IMG/VR virus record: IMGVR_UViG_637000272_000004
Coordinates: 1 to 64,000 of that record
DNA from: a virus
Lineage: Duplodnaviria; Caudoviricetes
Strand: one strand, 5' to 3'
DNA length: 64,000 nt
Shown piece after piece: positions 45,205 to 53,918 of the stretch. The translations under genes and the position numbers were made by a program. Every line of letters begins with the position of its first letter. Position 1 is the first letter of the stretch. Under the pieces are notes generated by a model. That model made no database searches and was not told the origin of the DNA. It saw only the letters and a program-made list of their open reading frames with translations.

Positions 45205-47217
45205 TTAAATTAATGTGTTTGCGTATGGTATTTCTGTTGTTCTGTAATTCAGTTTGAATTGCCATTCATAACCCGCTTCAATTGTTTCTTCTTTAAATTG
45301 TTGGTTATAAATCTTGCCCATATCTGCGTTGCGGTGCTCTATCCATGTATCGCCTTTTATCGCATTGTCGTTAATTCTGTTTGTTTTGATAATATTTTCA
45401 AATTCAAAAGCCGTAATAACATCATTAGTATCATTACTTAATACATATGATTTAGCTTGCAGTTTTTCGGGCATCTTCTCAATTCTATATGTTCCGCTTA
45501 TATCTGGTTTATATGTGTTGTTCAATGACGATTTAATTTTGTTAACGTTTTTAGTGAAATACGGCACCATGCCAGCGTATGCTGTTTTGACATATGTGTT
45601 TTTTAAAAACTTAACACTTCCATATACCGAAATTGCACCATTTTTAATTGAGTGGTTTGTAATGATATTGACTAAATCGTCGCTATCAACTCGACCGTTA
45701 ATATTCTGAACTAAGCTAACATTTTTGATATCTGTATAAACTCTATCAGTGATAAATGGTAATTCTTTATTGTCTCCTAATAACTTAGCCTCTTTGTTTT
45801 TAAAAGCTGTCGCTATTCCATTATGTTCTGGCACAAATTGCTCTCCAGTTGAATTGTTAGCGCCTCTAATTTGCATTGCAACGTCTTTGTTAGAGTAGCT
45901 ATAAAGTGATTGCGTGACATTTGTTACAACCGGAACTAATTTAAACACGTTGATTGTACCTTTAACATCTTGTGGACGCGCGCCACCAAAATATAACCAA
46001 CCTCTAGGAGATGAAACTGGATAGCTAGGGTCTTGACCTTTGTATACTAATTTCAGTGTATGTTTTTTATAATCTAAGTTATCGAAAAGTAGTTGCTCGT
46101 TATCAACTTTATTGGTACTGCTATACGTAGAAATAGTTTTTCTCTGTTCGTTAATTGTTCCCTCATCAAGTATCGCTTCCCAAATACCGCCAACGTTATT
46201 GCAATAAGATGTGAAATTGATTTTATCCGCAATAATTGTTCCTTTGAGTGTTGCACCTACAGTAGTTGCATAATAGTTTGGTGCATAAGAAGTATTGAAC
46301 ATACTACTATCAACCATTTCTAAATTTTGGTACCCGATCGATTTGTTTTCGTTGGCGTAGTCTCCTATTTCTGTCTCTCTAAAAATGATATAGTCATCTT
46401 TCTGGTTTTTATTGAACCAAACTCTTAAAGCTCGACTACTACTTATTGGTTGCACTACATGGAATGTTTGAGATGGTGCATGTACGATACTAACTGTCAT
46501 ATCTCCTTTAGTTGTAGATAACTTGTTAACCTCTTCAACAAAATTTGGTTGTAAAGGTAAATTGACAACATCTTTTAAATTAGAGAAGTTACCAATTGCG
46601 TCAGTTATATCAGCGCTGGTTCCCGCAATGCCTTGCGCACCTCGTTCGCCCGCTTCTCCTTTTTCTCCACGTTCTCCACGCTCGCCCTTAAACTTGTCTG
46701 CATTGTCAGCGATGTATTGCTTAGCAGTTGTGTTTAACGTTTCTTTGAAGTCGTCTCCTAGTAACTCACTAGCGTTTGTACGGATAATTCTTTTTACAGT
46801 GTCCTCAACTAATGTGATAGACACCTCTTTTTGCACTGCGTTATCTATACCACTATCGATAATGTAGAAATGGAAGTTTGCAACGTGTATTCTTTCGTGG
46901 TCATTCTCTAAAAACAACTTACAACGCACCATACCGACGTGTTTAATAACGTTTTTGGGTATCTTGTAGGTAAGGAACCCTTTTACATTATCGTCGATTA
47001 AAACTGGCTCATTTTTGAATATAGAACCATCTTCCGCGAACAGATGTAACTTAGGGGTCAAATTACTTTCTTTGAAGTTGATTCTGCCTTTTTCGTCGTT
47101 GATACCGATTCTGACATAAGCTGTGTTCTCGTCTTCTGTGTAGAAGCGACAACCTATGTCGCCGATATCAACTGTTTTTTTATTTATTCGCGTTTCAATG
47201 TCTTGTATTTTGTACAT
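45205..47217 (-). CDS. Tail fibre: BppU-like N-terminus, short collagen repeat, atypical about 470-aa C-terminal region (670 aa)
   Basis: MYKIQDIETRI..DIGCRFYTEDENTA N-domain, GERGERGEKGEAGERGAQGIAG, then unrelated beta-rich sequence. Confidence 0.8.
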   Translation of the reverse strand: MYKIQDIETRINKKTVDIGDIGCRFYTEDENTAYVRIGINDEKGRINFKESNLTPKLHLFAEDGSIFKNEPVLIDDNVKGFLTYKIPKNVIKHVGMVRCKLFLENDHERIHVANFHFYIIDSGIDNAVQKEVSITLVEDTVKRIIRTNASELLGDDFKETLNTTAKQYIADNADKFKGERGERGEKGEAGERGAQGIAGTSADITDAIGNFSNLKDVVNLPLQPNFVEEVNKLSTTKGDMTVSIVHAPSQTFHVVQPISSSRALRVWFNKNQKDDYIIFRETEIGDYANENKSIGYQNLEMVDSSMFNTSYAPNYYATTVGATLKGTIIADKINFTSYCNNVGGIWEAILDEGTINEQRKTISTYSSTNKVDNEQLLFDNLDYKKHTLKLVYKGQDPSYPVSSPRGWLYFGGARPQDVKGTINVFKLVPVVTNVTQSLYSYSNKDVAMQIRGANNSTGEQFVPEHNGIATAFKNKEAKLLGDNKELPFITDRVYTDIKNVSLVQNINGRVDSDDLVNIITNHSIKNGAISVYGSVKFLKNTYVKTAYAGMVPYFTKNVNKIKSSLNNTYKPDISGTYRIEKMPEKLQAKSYVLSNDTNDVITAFEFENIIKTNRINDNAIKGDTWIEHRNADMGKIYNQQFKEETIEAGYEWQFKLNYRTTEIPYANTLI

Positions 47218-47229
47218 TTACACACCTCT

Positions 47230-49134
47230 TTATTTATATTTATCTCTTGTGAAGTAGATACCTTTTAAGCCGATTTGTTTATATAACTTAGCGATTGTAC
47301 TTGCTTGATGTTGGCACCACTCTATAGCAGTAGCATATTGATGTGTAGCTGGATTCTTAGGATTCCATCTGATTCTGTACAGTGTATTTTGTCCTTTGTT
47401 GATGTAATCCTTTCTTACGAAGCTAGCACCGCCCATGATTGCTTTTGCTGGAGATGTCCAACCTTTATTCCTTGCAAACGTCATTGCGTAGTTAGGATTG
47501 TTGTCGTAAGCACCTATACCAAAGTAGTTGTACACCCCATCTTTTCCGCTTGCGAAGTTACTTGTTCCATATCCACTTTCTAAGAAAGCGTGTGCGATCA
47601 AATAAATTTCATTAATGTTATGCTTTTTACAAGCTTCTGCGAACGCTTTACCTTGATTATTCAATGTCCCCTTGCCTTTAAGTATCTTATTAAGCGAACT
47701 AACTGAAACACCTTGATACTTGCCTAAATTAAGCATTTGGTAGCATTGTGTGTTACTTTCCCATATTCGCTTAACATTCATTGCCGAGCTCGTTTGAGCT
47801 CGTGTAGCGTTAGCCCAGCCCCATGTATGAGATTTTTTCGGGTTACCCCTAGACATTTGTCTATCCAGTGCTTGTTTGAATGTATAAGGACTTGTTTCGG
47901 TAATAATCTGCGGTTGCTTAGATGCCGAACCATTGTTAGCTGTTGGTGATGAGTCTCTTACATTAGCTATATCAGCGTTTTTATTATCTACCATAACTTT
48001 TATTCTAGATTTTGTTACTGTTGGTTTAGTTATAGAATTTAATAATTTTTCTCTGTTTTTAAATATATTAAGTAATGCCTTTTCTAACGCTTCATATTTA
48101 TCTTTAGGAGGAACACCGTTGTCAATCATATTCCAATTAACATGTTCCAACATCGAACGCCAAATGCTATCGTCTACTTTAAGATTTTCAATACTTAGAG
48201 GTATCTCGTATTCAACCATCATGTCTACCGCTACACCCATTGCGTAAATTTCATTGAAAATAAATTCATTTTTACTCGCGCTATAATCTTCGCATACGTC
48301 TATAACTATATAATCAGGTTCATTAGGAACCTCAAATACCGCTCTTCTAGGAGCCCAAATGTTATGTCTATCAACATAAAAGTGGGGATATTCCACATCT
48401 TGTTTGTATTTCTTCCTACTGTTATATAAATTTTCTACTGAACTCATTGTTTGAGCATTTCTAATCATTATCCCTTTAGGTTTTTCGAGTCGTCGATTAC
48501 CCTCTACTATAAAGTGATAAATATATTCCGGATAATTAACCTCTTGGCTAGAAATAGTGTACTTTATAGTTTTTACGTCTTTCCAAATCGGAACTTTTTT
48601 ATTATTCTTTTCCTTATCATCACTATCATCTTTCGGTTTAGGTACCGGTTGGGGTGCCGGTGTAGTTTTGTCTGGATGATATGGTGGTCTAACAAAATGT
48701 GTTACTCCTCCAGGCCCATCGTGATAAGTATGTTTGATTTTATAGGGAGGACTGCCAGACCAATTAGCTGTATACCAATTCTGATCTACTGAAACAAACG
48801 CATTTTTATCAGCTGGACCAACAACTATCGCTACATGACCCGGGTTTCTATTAGCCCAAACTGCCCAATCTCCCGGCTTAGGCGTAAAACTAGCTGTGTT
48901 TCTATAAATTTTAAAATCTCTACCGCGATAATTGGATTTTTGAGCCATAGCATTTGCGTTGCCCCAAGTTCTGAACCCCCAATATCGTTCTAAAATATAG
49001 TTAGGAACATCCCAACATTGCCCGCCGTATGCTCTGTCAACATCTATAACTCTTCTGTTTTTAGCCATATACAGTGCCCACTCCACCACTTCACTAGCTG
49101 TAGGTTTTCGAGTCTTTGGATTAGGTAATCCCAT
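47230..49134 (-). CDS. Virion-associated peptidoglycan hydrolase, CHAP + glucosaminidase (634 aa)
   Basis: GGQCWD / GHVAIV CHAP; AHAFLESGYG, YNYFGIGAYD and HQYAT glucosaminidase. Confidence 0.92.
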   Translation of the reverse strand: MGLPNPKTRKPTASEVVEWALYMAKNRRVIDVDRAYGGQCWDVPNYILERYWGFRTWGNANAMAQKSNYRGRDFKIYRNTASFTPKPGDWAVWANRNPGHVAIVVGPADKNAFVSVDQNWYTANWSGSPPYKIKHTYHDGPGGVTHFVRPPYHPDKTTPAPQPVPKPKDDSDDKEKNNKKVPIWKDVKTIKYTISSQEVNYPEYIYHFIVEGNRRLEKPKGIMIRNAQTMSSVENLYNSRKKYKQDVEYPHFYVDRHNIWAPRRAVFEVPNEPDYIVIDVCEDYSASKNEFIFNEIYAMGVAVDMMVEYEIPLSIENLKVDDSIWRSMLEHVNWNMIDNGVPPKDKYEALEKALLNIFKNREKLLNSITKPTVTKSRIKVMVDNKNADIANVRDSSPTANNGSASKQPQIITETSPYTFKQALDRQMSRGNPKKSHTWGWANATRAQTSSAMNVKRIWESNTQCYQMLNLGKYQGVSVSSLNKILKGKGTLNNQGKAFAEACKKHNINEIYLIAHAFLESGYGTSNFASGKDGVYNYFGIGAYDNNPNYAMTFARNKGWTSPAKAIMGGASFVRKDYINKGQNTLYRIRWNPKNPATHQYATAIEWCQHQASTIAKLYKQIGLKGIYFTRDKYK

Positions 49135-49157
49135 GTATGCACCTCATTTCAATCAAA

Positions 49158-49186
49158 ATAAAAAGCCAGTGCCGAAGCACTGACCT
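49158..49186 (-). terminator. Terminator after the baseplate small-gene block
   Basis: GTCAGTGC-TTCG-GCACTGGC followed by TTTTTATTTT. Confidence 0.8.
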
Positions 49187-49193
49187 TTAAAAA

Positions 49194-49256
49194 TTATTTG
49201 CATTTCCCAAACCAAAAGCATGACCAAAAACTATAACCTAACAAGCCTTTTAGCAT
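49194..49256 (-). CDS. 20-aa micropeptide MLKGLLGYSFWSCFWFGKCK
   Basis: Perfect AGGAGGTG RBS 6 nt before the ATG; stop lies just before the terminator. Confidence 0.6.
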   Translation of the reverse strand: MLKGLLGYSFWSCFWFGKCK

Positions 49257-49270
49257 AGTTAACACCTCCT

Positions 49271-49576
49271 TTAAATACCAAAAACAGTTCTTAAAATCGC
49301 GATGATTAATGAACCTAAAATAGTACCTATAAGCCCCATAACCCACGTTTTTAAATCTTTGATATTTTTAGCGTTCTTTTCTTTCATTTCTTTGTCTAAT
49401 TCTCTTTCTCGCTTCATCTCGTCGAGCGTTCTATCTAGTTTATCGCTTACTTTTTCTTGAGCTTTTTGACCATGTTCAATTTTGTCTAACTTCTCAAACA
49501 TTGTTTTGTCATTATCTTCAAGTCTTTGTATACGCCAATTTTGCTCATAAAAGCGTTTGTTAAAAAGCCCAAACAT
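49271..49576 (-). CDS. DUF2951-like phage protein with C-terminal TM segment (101 aa)
   Basis: WRIQRLEDND coiled coil and a WVMGLIGTILGSLIIA TM segment. Confidence 0.8.
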   Translation of the reverse strand: MFGLFNKRFYEQNWRIQRLEDNDKTMFEKLDKIEHGQKAQEKVSDKLDRTLDEMKRERELDKEMKEKNAKNIKDLKTWVMGLIGTILGSLIIAILRTVFGI

Positions 49577-49615
49577 TCATACACCCACTTTATTCAAATT
49601 TAAAAGCCACAAGCA

Positions 49616-49792
49616 TTATACCTGTGACTTTTCATCTTTTGTCTCTGGATATTTTTCTCCAGTGATTAATGCATATTCTTCTTTGTCAATAACGCCCATA
49701 TCCGCATACCACTTAATTTGCTCGTTTTTGTAACAACCCCACACATAAAAAGTTTTGATATCTTTAAAAGTTGGATAAATCATCTTCATCAT
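49616..49792 (-). CDS. XkdX-family small phage protein (58 aa; not in the ORF track)
   Basis: MMKMIYPTFKDIKTFYVWGCYKNEQIKWYADMGVIDKEEYALITGEKYPETKDEKSQV*. Confidence 0.85.
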   Translation of the reverse strand: MMKMIYPTFKDIKTFYVWGCYKNEQIKWYADMGVIDKEEYALITGEKYPETKDEKSQV

Positions 49793-50171
49793 TTAAACGT
49801 CCCCCCTCAGTATTAGTTTTATTAGTTTTAAGTTCAGTCAACTGTTGTGTTAACTTAGCGTTTTGTTGAGTTAATTGCATCGTTAACATGTTCAATTGTG
49901 TCATCTGCATTTGCATACTAGCAACCATTCGGCGGAGCTCTTCATCGCTCAAATCTGATGCATTTTGTTGACTAGGTGTGTTCGAATCATCTTCTTTTTC
50001 AAAATTGTTGTTGTATTTAATTTCGCCGTTAGTGAATACAAACTTTCTAGGTTCGAACTCTTCTTTGAATTTGATAGGTACATTGTTATCATCTACATCT
50101 AAACTATTGCGTAATCCGCCAGTATTAACGTATCCGATAACCTCGTTTTTATCGTTTACTGTGATTTTCAT
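49764..50171 (-). CDS. DUF2977-like baseplate-region protein
   Basis: MKITVNDKNEVIGYVNTGG; Gln/Thr-rich coiled coil; the C-terminus overlaps xkdX because of a G6 run. Confidence 0.8.
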   Translation of the reverse strand: MKITVNDKNEVIGYVNTGGLRNSLDVDDNNVPIKFKEEFEPRKFVFTNGEIKYNNNFEKEDDSNTPSQQNASDLSDEELRRMVASMQMQMTQLNMLTMQLTQQNAKLTQQLTELKTNKTNTEGGRLNDEDDLSNF

Positions 50172-51994
50172 TATTTCCACCCCATAATTTTGTTTATAGT
50201 GACTTTGTTGGCATTCGCTCCGGAACCTGATGTTTTACCTAAATCAAAGTACACATCGTTATCTATCCTTAAAGTAGTGCTACTCGTTTTAGTTAGTAAA
50301 CATTCATAAATACCGCCACCGTTGCCATCTGTGTCAACTACATTCGCTTTACTTAACTGAATTGCATTGGGCAATGCGGTTAGTCCGAAAGTTTCTATAA
50401 TGCCACCAGGATAGGTACCGCTTATTAACAATACAGAATAGTTAGTATATGGCTCTGTTAGGTTGATTGTTGTTCCAACACCACTTGCAGCACCGTCAAA
50501 TAAAACTGAGGTTTTGTGCTCGTTTGGAACTGTCCATTGCGAATCGAGTTTGCCATTTATAATAGATCTTGTGTAAACTCTTTTAGAATTCGAGGGAGTA
50601 AAGTTAAACAACTTATTTGTTTCATCTTTAACGAACACAGATAGATACCCTTCATAACTTTCAGCGCCACTTGGCAAATTCGGCACTCTGGTTGCATAGT
50701 AATTACCTGCAGAAAGGTTTCCTAAATCGCCTTGCGCGTTATTTAAGTTAACTTGTATTGATTGACCATTCGCCTCTGTCATCTTATGTTGTTGCCAGCT
50801 CGTTGTTCCGAATTTATCATCTACATACTGCTTAGCTTGATTTAAAGCGTTATTAGATGTTTCTTCAACAAATCGCTTAGTTAAATCGCCGTCATTCTTT
50901 TTATAGAATGGGTACCATGTGCCACCAATTTTATATTTTGTATATTCATCATTTGAATCATCTGGATACCATGTTGCACGTGCAGTACTATCATCAACAA
51001 CATAGACAACTAACACGCCTGATTTACCTAAAGTGTTTGGTGCTACCGGAATATCTGAACCATCGTCAATACCATCTTCTTTAGGTGTGTCGACAGTGCC
51101 TATATCCTTGAATGAGGGCGCGTCTGTTGCGCTAGTGATATGAATAATCCTAGAGGTGTTAACTGCGCTTAAAACGCTATCTATGGACTGTTCAGACGAT
51201 TCAATTGCTTTCCCATAATCATCAGTAATTTTTGATTTTTGCCAATTTGTCGTTGTGTTACCTTTGACGAGGTCAGCACCATTGATTTGTTGCTCAACTT
51301 CATTAACACGCGCAAATATCGCTTGCTCCTTTTCAACTATTTTATTGAATTCAGCTGTAACAGCTTGTGTTGCACTAGTTTGCGTCGCAGTAATAGCTTG
51401 TATAGCTTCGTTTTGCTTGATTTCGATTTGTTGAATGCCTTTTGTCGCACTATCATTCACTTTTGCTATTAACGTTTGTGTATCAGCCATATTTCGCTTT
51501 AATTGGTTAAAGTCTTTACCGACAGCTTCGATAGTATCTTGAATAGATTTGATATAAACAAGCTTTGTTATGCCATCAAACCCACTAACTAAATCATTTT
51601 CAATATTGAAGCTAAATTGACGTTCAACAACAACATTATTACTCCCGTTTTGTGTAAAGAATGCCTGAGCATGCACCTTACCTGAATGTTTTAAAAATTC
51701 ATTCGGTATCACATACTGCAAACGCCCATTAATTGCGTCTACTATCGTTAATTCGTCTGAAATATAAGCGCCTCTATCAACGTTATAATCATCGGTTTTT
51801 AACACGATGGAAGTTTTAACATGTTCAGAACTTATAGATAACGGTCTGTTATTCTTAGTTACTGAAAAATTTAAAACACCAGTTCCTCTATCTGATTCAT
51901 AGAAACTGATGTTTGTATCAATAACCGGATTATATTGTGATGTTGTTTGTAACTCGATTAAGTTATCATCTTTCGAAAAATTATCTACTACCAT
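50171..51994 (-). CDS. Upper baseplate protein BppU (607 aa)
   Basis: N-terminal FYESDRGTGVLNF..INGRLQYVIP BppU domain; position after the RBP. Confidence 0.88.
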   Translation of the reverse strand: MVVDNFSKDDNLIELQTTSQYNPVIDTNISFYESDRGTGVLNFSVTKNNRPLSISSEHVKTSIVLKTDDYNVDRGAYISDELTIVDAINGRLQYVIPNEFLKHSGKVHAQAFFTQNGSNNVVVERQFSFNIENDLVSGFDGITKLVYIKSIQDTIEAVGKDFNQLKRNMADTQTLIAKVNDSATKGIQQIEIKQNEAIQAITATQTSATQAVTAEFNKIVEKEQAIFARVNEVEQQINGADLVKGNTTTNWQKSKITDDYGKAIESSEQSIDSVLSAVNTSRIIHITSATDAPSFKDIGTVDTPKEDGIDDGSDIPVAPNTLGKSGVLVVYVVDDSTARATWYPDDSNDEYTKYKIGGTWYPFYKKNDGDLTKRFVEETSNNALNQAKQYVDDKFGTTSWQQHKMTEANGQSIQVNLNNAQGDLGNLSAGNYYATRVPNLPSGAESYEGYLSVFVKDETNKLFNFTPSNSKRVYTRSIINGKLDSQWTVPNEHKTSVLFDGAASGVGTTINLTEPYTNYSVLLISGTYPGGIIETFGLTALPNAIQLSKANVVDTDGNGGGIYECLLTKTSSTTLRIDNDVYFDLGKTSGSGANANKVTINKIMGWK

Positions 51995-53904
51995 TACTTA
52001 ACCTCCTCGCCTTTTATAATGCTCCAACCACTATTGCCACCAGTTCCGAAGTTTCTAACTAAAAACTGATGAGCAGATGCAAAGTTATTACGTCTTAACA
52101 CTTGTGTTGTGTTGCCTGGTGTATTCGATTTTACTTCTAACACCCAACCTGCAATTCCTTTATAGTCTTTCGGGAAGTCGGTAAAGCGTTTTGATTCTTC
52201 AGCCGTGATATAGAAGTCTAGGCCAACGATTTTCAAGTCGGATAGTTTTGTGATGCTCTTAGGTATATGTTCCCAATATCCAGCACTCTGCGGGTTAAAG
52301 TTCCATGAGCCGTTGTTTTTCTTGTTAAAGATGTCGATAACACGCTCAAATTTGAGCATATTTCTACCTGTGCTATTTCTAGTGAGTACTTGTCTTACCG
52401 CACCGTTATAATGTCCAGGTAATACATCAAAGAACCAACCTGCATCCCTAAATTCTTTAGGCAACGGGAAATCTAGTGCGTTCTTTGTGTCTTGAGAGTA
52501 TAAGTAGTAATTACCAATTTCAGTAACATCGCTTAGATATGCTGGGTTTTGAACTGGCAGTGGTTTAACACGTCCACCTGAATCAGTCATCGATACCTGG
52601 GGTGCAATGTTTTTTAAGAATTGGTTTACACCTCTTTGACCGATAGAATAAATTGAATGATGTCTGTTGTTACCTGGTCCAATAGTTACCCCGATTAAAA
52701 GTGCTTTACGTCCCGTTTCTAGATCGTAATACATGTCGAGACCCTCAGCTTCTTGGAAGTCTCCTTTAAAGTTGTTATTCACACCGCCTATATCGATACG
52801 ACGTTTAAATAACAATTCTTTCGTTTTGATGTCGAAGCCTTGCAAGTAATTAGGGTTAGCTGGATTTGAGTCGCCAGTGTACCAGTATAAGACACCTGCA
52901 TCATAAGCAATACCTTGCATAGGTTGTGTTAACGAAGAATATTCCATCGGTATGTCCATTTGATATAACACTTTGTCAATACCCTTATCGATGTCATCAG
53001 CACTTCTTACTTCAATAAAATTCAATGCATTTTTAGCTTGTTGTTCAGAGGCTTTATATTCACGTCTAAAAATCATTAAGTTTTCTACTGGATTATAAAT
53101 TGCTGACGTATATCTATCGTTAAATACATTTGGCATGACGTCTTGCATTTCATTGCCGTACGTTATCTCTCCAGTTCTATATTTAAAACGTACAAACTTG
53201 TTGTTTTTGTTACTGTCCAATACAGCTGAATAAATCCATAATTCTCCATTAATGTATCTATACGCATTGTGTGTGCCGTGACCGCCATTTTTAACAAGCA
53301 GTCTATCAATAAATTGTCCATTAGGCTTCAATCTAGATAGCATGTAATGATTGCCTGGACGCGCTTGTGTCATATAAATAATTTTTGTTTTAGGGTCTAC
53401 CCAAAATGATTGCATTACTGCATTTGTATACGGCGATAAGTCAGTGATGAATTCCGGTTCTTGCTCTTTTGGTTCGAATCGATATTCAGTTGCTCGATAT
53501 TCTTTGTAGTGTTCATCTACAGCCTTTTCAACTTTTTTAGTGAAAGCATCTAGCTTTGAATAATCATGATACAAACGATCTTGTAAAGTTTTGTGACCAT
53601 AACCAGTATTATCAACACGTGCATCTGTTACTTCATTAATACCGTCGCCGTTATGACCTAGAATCATATTGCTAAAACGGCCATTTAGATATGTTAAAAA
53701 GTCAGAGACACTACTAGTAACTTGTAAGTGTTCATACTTAATTTGCTCTCCGTCATGTGCAAATACTTCTTTGTTTCTATGGTATTCAAGAGAGAAATTT
53801 AAGTCAGTAAGCATATCTGAAATGAGTTTGAAATTATATTCATTCTCATCCACATACCTGTAATCGAAAACTCTGCTTAAATCTGTAATTAGTTTATTAC
53901 TCAT
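51994..53904 (-). CDS. Receptor-binding protein, phi11 Gp45-like (636 aa)
   Basis: EVTDARVDNTG, VMQSFWVD..GGHGTH propeller, C-terminal TQVLRRN repeats. Confidence 0.9.
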   Translation of the reverse strand: MSNKLITDLSRVFDYRYVDENEYNFKLISDMLTDLNFSLEYHRNKEVFAHDGEQIKYEHLQVTSSVSDFLTYLNGRFSNMILGHNGDGINEVTDARVDNTGYGHKTLQDRLYHDYSKLDAFTKKVEKAVDEHYKEYRATEYRFEPKEQEPEFITDLSPYTNAVMQSFWVDPKTKIIYMTQARPGNHYMLSRLKPNGQFIDRLLVKNGGHGTHNAYRYINGELWIYSAVLDSNKNNKFVRFKYRTGEITYGNEMQDVMPNVFNDRYTSAIYNPVENLMIFRREYKASEQQAKNALNFIEVRSADDIDKGIDKVLYQMDIPMEYSSLTQPMQGIAYDAGVLYWYTGDSNPANPNYLQGFDIKTKELLFKRRIDIGGVNNNFKGDFQEAEGLDMYYDLETGRKALLIGVTIGPGNNRHHSIYSIGQRGVNQFLKNIAPQVSMTDSGGRVKPLPVQNPAYLSDVTEIGNYYLYSQDTKNALDFPLPKEFRDAGWFFDVLPGHYNGAVRQVLTRNSTGRNMLKFERVIDIFNKKNNGSWNFNPQSAGYWEHIPKSITKLSDLKIVGLDFYITAEESKRFTDFPKDYKGIAGWVLEVKSNTPGNTTQVLRRNNFASAHQFLVRNFGTGGNSGWSIIKGEEVK

Positions 53905-53918
53905 GTTTTCCTCCTTTA

